NCBI GenBank assembly: GCA_015233235.1
Contig: JADFYD010000001.1
Coordinates: 1 to 41,908 of the forward strand
Direction: 5' to 3'
From: Candidatus Omnitrophota bacterium
GTDB lineage: Bacteria; Omnitrophota; Gorgyraeia; Tantalellales; Tantalellaceae
DNA length: 41,908 nt
In this document: positions 37,395-41,908 of the stretch, in pieces
Layout of the letters: each line of letters starts with the position of its first letter
Position numbering within the stretch: the first letter of the stretch is position 1
The notes under the pieces: model-generated
Seen by the model: the letters and a program-made list of their open reading frames with translations, nothing else
Told to the model about the DNA's origin: nothing
Databases searched by the model: none
Made by a program: the position numbers and the translations under genes

Positions 37395-37925
37395 TCATCG
37401 CCTCATCCCGCTTTCGCACCTGTAGATCTCCCGCAACATGTTGAAATATTTCCTAATTTCCTCCTGCCCATAATCAGGGTACGTCCAAGGCCATGTATCA
37501 AAAGAGCCGGCCTTGAATTGCAGAGTATTTTCCGCGAATATCCCGCTTCTGAGGTATATTCTATGAACATAGTCCTTGGTCGTCAGCAGAGAAAGCTTCG
37601 CTTCTGATAAATACCCCGGGTCGACGTTCACGTTCCGCCTGCCGAGTTTAGTATATTTTCTTTCGATGGCGTTGGAGTAGAGTTTCGTTTTGTAAATATC
37701 TTCCGGGGAAACCAGTTTCTTGAACGCGTAAAAACACCGGTTCAAAGGCTTGCCCATTTCTTTGCAGTAATATTCGGTATAGTCGAAGGGTCCCTGCCAG
37801 GCGGGAAAATGGAATGCCCCATATCGTTTGACCAAAAGTTTCACGGCAAGATCGCGGTATTTCTCATCGCGGTAAATAACGCTGGCTATCAGCATTACTG
37901 TTTTATGGCAAGCGGCCGTTCCCAT
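37395..37925 (-). CDS. DUF4416-like protein
   Basis: FDYTEYYCKEMG, RRNVNVDPGY, TTKDYVHRIYL and WPWTYPDY. Confidence 0.85.
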   Translation of the reverse strand: MGTAACHKTVMLIASVIYRDEKYRDLAVKLLVKRYGAFHFPAWQGPFDYTEYYCKEMGKPLNRCFYAFKKLVSPEDIYKTKLYSNAIERKYTKLGRRNVNVDPGYLSEAKLSLLTTKDYVHRIYLRSGIFAENTLQFKAGSFDTWPWTYPDYGQEEIRKYFNMLREIYRCESGMRR

Positions 37926-37954
37926 TTCACTCCAAGACGATCCACACTAAACGT

Positions 37955-38317
37955 TTAACTGGAAACCCGGCCGATATAGTCCACCAGGAGCTGTTTTTCC
38001 TTAGGATCGATAGTGTTGAAAAATATCGCCAGGTCATAATGATCGATCTTTCCGTCATGCACAACGGGATGCTCCCTGACGACTACGCCTTCCACGTTCA
38101 AAAGCACGGGTTTACTTTCGGATTTATTTCCGGGAAGAGCCAGGACAATATCCAATTTTGTCATAAGCGGGATCTCTTTTTTTACTTTACAGTAAATGCC
38201 GCTTGCGCTGACATCCAAACTTTGCGTTATGGTGTCGAAATCGAGGTGTTTCACCTGAATGGATATCGCCTTGTGTTTAATCCTTGGATACGCGCGTCTT
38301 TCTTTTTTTCCGTCCAT
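37955..38317 (-). CDS. PilZ-domain protein
   Basis: ERRAYPR, DVSASG and GVVVR. Confidence 0.85.
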   Translation of the reverse strand: MDGKKERRAYPRIKHKAISIQVKHLDFDTITQSLDVSASGIYCKVKKEIPLMTKLDIVLALPGNKSESKPVLLNVEGVVVREHPVVHDGKIDHYDLAIFFNTIDPKEKQLLVDYIGRVSS

Positions 38318-38340
38318 CTTCTCTCTCCGTGAATTTTTTG

Positions 38341-38688
38341 TCATTCCGGCGGCCAATTCAATTGTTTCCCGCCTAAAACATGAAAATGCACATGAAAAAC
38401 TTCCTGCCCGCCGTTCTTATTGCAATTTGCCACTACTCTATACCCGTCAGCCGCTATTTTATGTTGCGATGCAAGCTCCGCTATCTTGAGAAAAATCCCA
38501 CCGACAAGTTCCTTATCTCCGGGGCCCAAGTCGTTCAGAGTGCTTATGTGCTTTTTGGGCACCGCTAACCAATGGACCGGAGAAATGGGATGAATATCCT
38601 TAAAAACAACCATATCTTCCCCGTCATAAACCCGGTCCGACTTAATTTCACCGGCAGCGATCCTGCAGAAAATACAGTTTTTTTCCAT
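38341..38688 (-). CDS. hinT: Histidine triad nucleotide-binding protein
   Basis: CIFCRI, FKDIHPISPVHWL, GQEVFHVHFHVLGG and WPP. Confidence 0.95.
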   Translation of the reverse strand: MEKNCIFCRIAAGEIKSDRVYDGEDMVVFKDIHPISPVHWLAVPKKHISTLNDLGPGDKELVGGIFLKIAELASQHKIAADGYRVVANCNKNGGQEVFHVHFHVLGGKQLNWPPE

Positions 38689-38701
38689 AGGGGTATCTGC
38701 A

Positions 38702-38986
38702 TCAGGCCGTTTTTTCTGATTCTTTTGCGGCCTTCTTCTTATCGTCTTCAATTTTTTTCTTGTAACATTGCACATTGCAGAAAAAATTCGCGTTGCGGTA
38801 ATACCACATTTTTTTGGGGAAATTCTTGCCGCACGCGGCGCATGCCGCCGGAACCTGTCGGGCCGTATTTTTTGGGGTGAATGCTGGTTTCGCGATCTTC
38901 CCGGCCTTCTCGTCTACCACCGCGGGCTCAAGATTCGTCGCCGCCTCTTTGGTTTCCGTTTTTTCAATTTCCTTTTCTTCGCTCAC
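38702..38986 (-). CDS. Small charged protein with a CxxC...CxxxC zinc finger
   Basis: GGAGGAG RBS before GTG 38986; CAACGKNF...YYRNANFFCNVQC. Confidence 0.7.
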   Translation of the reverse strand: MSEEKEIEKTETKEAATNLEPAVVDEKAGKIAKPAFTPKNTARQVPAACAACGKNFPKKMWYYRNANFFCNVQCYKKKIEDDKKKAAKESEKTA

Positions 38987-39356
38987 TTTTCTCCTCCGAT
39001 CCGCTGTTTTTGTTTTTTGTATGGAGCCACTTTTCGTAAATGTAATTAAGCATTTTATTCTTATCGGACGCACCGATATTTTTTACTTTCAAACCGCCGC
39101 GGTATTTGTCTCTTCCGGATATATTATCCGAGGCTCCCCAGGCTATCTCACCGGTGACAACTATAGGGATATTATCACCCGGGATAAGGAGTTCCAGCTC
39201 TACTTCTTCGCCTTTCTTGATCGCACGTTCAGATATAATACCGATACCGTTCTGGCTGAAGTCGCTGACTGTCACTTTCTCTTTCTTCTTGCCGCTCAAG
39301 TGCAAAGCTTCCAAAAGCAGATTAAAACGCATGTATTTTCTTTTTTCTTCCATCAT
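38964..39356 (-). CDS. PilZ-domain protein
   Basis: EKRKYMR, DFSQNG and GEIAW. Confidence 0.85.
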   Translation of the reverse strand: MMEEKRKYMRFNLLLEALHLSGKKKEKVTVSDFSQNGIGIISERAIKKGEEVELELLIPGDNIPIVVTGEIAWGASDNISGRDKYRGGLKVKNIGASDKNKMLNYIYEKWLHTKNKNSGSEEKSERRKGN

Positions 39357-39464
39357 GATCCTTTCGCGCCTTAAGGACGGGTAAATTTTTGAATATATAA
39401 TACTAAGTATCGCGGTCTTTGTCCAGAAATATATAAGCAGCCATTTCCGTTAGTTTAATGGAAT

Positions 39465-39500
39465 AAAAAAGGGAGGAACTTTTTACGTTTCCTCCCTTTT
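39465..39500 (-). terminator. Rho-independent terminator
   Basis: AAAAGGGAGGAA / TTCCTCCCTTTT inverted repeat downstream of 39523. Confidence 0.75.
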
Positions 39501-39522
39501 CGACTTCACATTACCTACACTA

Positions 39523-39849
39523 CTATTCGCTGAACACAAACTCCGGTTCAAGAACCGGTTTGTAATCTTCAGGAATCGGGAACGGGAATGTGACAGTTTC
39601 ATAAACACCGGCGCCAGTCCTAACTATAGTCATCCCAACACCTTTTGCCAAACCCATTGTAATACCAGCTAAAAAATTCTGTTCCACGCTAGTATCATAA
39701 ATATTTTTCGGCAATTCCACCCAACCTGTCAACACGTTGGCAAGGCCCCTACCCAGTTTTTTAGCCGGATCCTGCGCGAAACTCTGCGTAGCCATACCCA
39801 ACAACCCGATCACTACCAAACAAATAACCATCATCTTCAAGATTTTCAT
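39523..39849 (-). CDS. Exported protein of the TIGR04073 (exosortase-associated) type
   Basis: Signal peptide; KLGRGLANVLTGWVELPKNI...RTGAGVYETVTFPFP...PVLEPEFV. Confidence 0.8.
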   Translation of the reverse strand: MKILKMMVICLVVIGLLGMATQSFAQDPAKKLGRGLANVLTGWVELPKNIYDTSVEQNFLAGITMGLAKGVGMTIVRTGAGVYETVTFPFPIPEDYKPVLEPEFVFSE

Positions 39850-39879
39850 TCTTTCACCTCCTTTAGTTCATTATTATGA

Positions 39880-39908
39880 AATATATCATGACAAGTAAAA
39901 CATGTCAA
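39880..39908 (-). promoter_or_regulatory. Sigma70 promoter for the TIGR04073-like gene
   Basis: Minus strand TTGACA-17-TATATT with an extended -10 TG. Confidence 0.6.
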
Positions 39909-39909
39909 G

Positions 39910-40272
39910 TTAAGCGCTTAACAATTTATCAACAAGCGCCTCTAACTTCTTTTTGTCTTCTTTGGAAATCTCTGTAAATTCAATTCCAATATCGTAAACG
40001 TGCTCATCTTTCACTCCAGGATGTGCAACCCTTATCACCCAAACGATCGTTCCTTTCGCCCTGACGGCATCCCCATCAGAAAGTTTCAACTCCACTTCCG
40101 CCGTTTCAAACAGCTCAAACTCTCTATTGAACGTTAAGCAAACGCCGCCTGCACCGACATTCTCGGTAATGGCGTCATAACGCAGAGTATTGTTTTTCCC
40201 TGAGATCTTAACCGCACAAGCATAATACGCACGCGGAAACTTACGTCTGTCTATCCCTTCCCATATGATCAT
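39910..40272 (-). CDS. PilZ-domain protein
   Basis: DRRKFPR, NVGAGG, GTIVWV and YDIGIEF. Confidence 0.87.
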   Translation of the reverse strand: MIIWEGIDRRKFPRAYYACAVKISGKNNTLRYDAITENVGAGGVCLTFNREFELFETAEVELKLSDGDAVRAKGTIVWVIRVAHPGVKDEHVYDIGIEFTEISKEDKKKLEALVDKLLSA

Positions 40273-40400
40273 GGTACAAATAATACATGATGAATTACAA
40301 AAATTCAAGTTTTCAGGAAAAAACTTTACAATATGTTTTAATTTCCCTTTTATAATTGAATGAGCTACGCTATAATAAAAAAAAATATGCGGGTGGTTTT

Positions 40401-41225
40401 ATGTATTTAGACTTTTACGGCTTAAAAGAAAATCCTTTCAATGTGACAAGCGATCCAAGTTTTCTTTTTTTAAGCAGGACCCACAAGGAAGCGCTTGACC
40501 ATTTACTCTTCGGCATAAACGAACGTAAAGGCTTTATCGCTATTACCGGCGAGATCGGCGCGGGCAAGACCACACTCTGCCGTGCCCTTCTTTCACATCT
40601 GGCACCCGGAACTAAAACCGCCGTTATTTTCAATTCAAACCTGCCGGAAATGCAGCTATTGGAAGCTATCGTCGGAGATTTCGGTATCACTCCGGAAAAA
40701 CACAATAAAATTAGCCTCATGAAAAGCTTCAACAAATTTCTTTTAGAACAGTTGGCCCGCAACAACAACGTCGTCCTAATTATTGATGAAGCGCAAAACT
40801 TAAAAACTTCCACACTTGAAACTATCCGCATGCTCTCAAACCTTGAAACATACAAAGAAAAACTTCTTCAGATCGTGCTCGTGGGCCAACCCGAATTGGC
40901 GCAAAAATTAAAGTCACCCGAACTTGTGCAGCTTAGACAGCGCATTGCCGTGAATTTTCATCTGCAGGCACTTTCAAAGGATGAGGTCGTAGATTACATA
41001 AACCACCGTCTTCAGGTAGCCGGCGCGGTGAAAAATATACTTTTCGGCGCTTTTGCCGCGGATTTAGTCGCGGATTTTTCCGGAGGCATACCAAGACTCA
41101 TAAATATTCTTTGCGATAAAGCGCTGCTGCTTGGTTTTGTAAAAAATACCCAGATCATAGGCAAGGCCATTATCGAGCAAAGCATCGAAGAGCTGAAAGG
41201 AAATTACACTTTCGCGGGGCGCTGA
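40401..41225 (+). CDS. exeA: ExeA/GspA-family AAA ATPase (no peptidoglycan-binding domain)
   Basis: MYLDFYGLKENPF, TGEIGAGKTT, IIDEAQNL, LVGQPEL and SGGIPRLINILCD. Confidence 0.9.
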   Translation: MYLDFYGLKENPFNVTSDPSFLFLSRTHKEALDHLLFGINERKGFIAITGEIGAGKTTLCRALLSHLAPGTKTAVIFNSNLPEMQLLEAIVGDFGITPEKHNKISLMKSFNKFLLEQLARNNNVVLIIDEAQNLKTSTLETIRMLSNLETYKEKLLQIVLVGQPELAQKLKSPELVQLRQRIAVNFHLQALSKDEVVDYINHRLQVAGAVKNILFGAFAADLVADFSGGIPRLINILCDKALLLGFVKNTQIIGKAIIEQSIEELKGNYTFAGR

Positions 41226-41226
41226 C

Positions 41227-41856
41227 ATGAGCATAATATCCGAAGCGCTAAAAAAAGCCGAAGCTGAAAAGGCGCAAAAGGCCACGAAAGAAACACCGTC
41301 CCCGGAGCCTCTTCTCTCCGGCAACAAACCCGCGCCTCATAACAACAAAAGTCGGAAAAACCCCGCCCCGGCGATCGCGATCACTGTTTTCGTGTTAATA
41401 AATATTTTGAGCGTCATCCACTATGTAATGTTCCCTAAATATTATGAGAATATGATAAACAAAATCTCACCTGTAAAAATCGCCATCCGCGGACCGCTGA
41501 AGTTCGAGATACTTAATCCTGAAGCTTTCGTTATGCCTGACGACACTTCCCGCGTAATGATCCCTCCAAAAAAAATACCCGCCTCCATGGTGCCAACGAT
41601 CATACCCATAAAAAAAGAGAGCATCCCTCCCGTTCCGGCCTCAATCAAAGAGGAAATCATTCCTATGCAGCAAAACGCGCCTGTTCTTCCCTTGCTTACC
41701 GGCATTATGTATGTCCCCGGTGATCCTAAAGCCATAATCGACGGACGCATAGTCAGCCTCAACGAAAAGGTTAAAGATTTCACCGTTACGGAAATCACAA
41801 AAACCAAAGTCATGCTCCGCCGCGGCGCGGAAACCCAGGAACTGGTGTTGAATTAA
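41227..41856 (+). CDS. ExeB/GspB-like protein
   Basis: MSIISEALKKAE N-terminus, TM helix, Pro-rich linker and C-terminal LTGIMY...AIIDGRIV; follows exeA. Confidence 0.75.
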   Translation: MSIISEALKKAEAEKAQKATKETPSPEPLLSGNKPAPHNNKSRKNPAPAIAITVFVLINILSVIHYVMFPKYYENMINKISPVKIAIRGPLKFEILNPEAFVMPDDTSRVMIPPKKIPASMVPTIIPIKKESIPPVPASIKEEIIPMQQNAPVLPLLTGIMYVPGDPKAIIDGRIVSLNEKVKDFTVTEITKTKVMLRRGAETQELVLN

Positions 41857-41908
41857 TAACGATGCGGCGGGTGGCAACCGTGAAGTCTGAGCGACGAAAA
41901 AATCGATG

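Noticed and set aside
41864-41875. 12-bp match GCGGCGGGTGGC to the tRNA insert (9707-9718, reverse strand) at the window end
   Set aside because: It may be the start of a related repeat, but 12 bp is within chance expectation and the sequence is cut off.

Overview
About 42 kb of bacterial chromosome, gene-dense and mostly housekeeping. The gene content (six stand-alone PilZ proteins, a TIGR04073-like protein, a PurS-PurL fusion, anaerobe O2-defence genes) suggests an anaerobic PVC-superphylum organism such as Omnitrophota; this is inference. Left end (1-9400): a large Fe-S and oxidative-stress operon (ccdA, tlpA, rrf2, iscS, iscU, rubredoxin, ferritin, hrb, fprA, dfx, rbr, grx, trxB, ogg, membrane protein). 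It is broken by an inversion junction at ~7050, which leaves the N-terminal half of iscS on the minus strand and its C-terminal half on the plus strand at the window start. Next come a tRNA-Ala(CGC) carrying a 203-bp structured insert with a duplicated 3' end, a TPR/ExbB/ExbD/short TonB-like cluster, two radical SAM genes, recN, mdh, purQ-purL-guaA-icd, a long charged helical protein, a FecR/CHASE2-GGDEF pair, yqeY-def-panD, several PilZ genes and exeA/exeB-like genes. No CRISPR array, integrase or transposase is visible. Several highly structured intergenic elements (9617-9838, 17491-17745, 20511-20796, 1590-1617) are not explained by the genes. All calls come from motif recognition by eye; no database searches were run.
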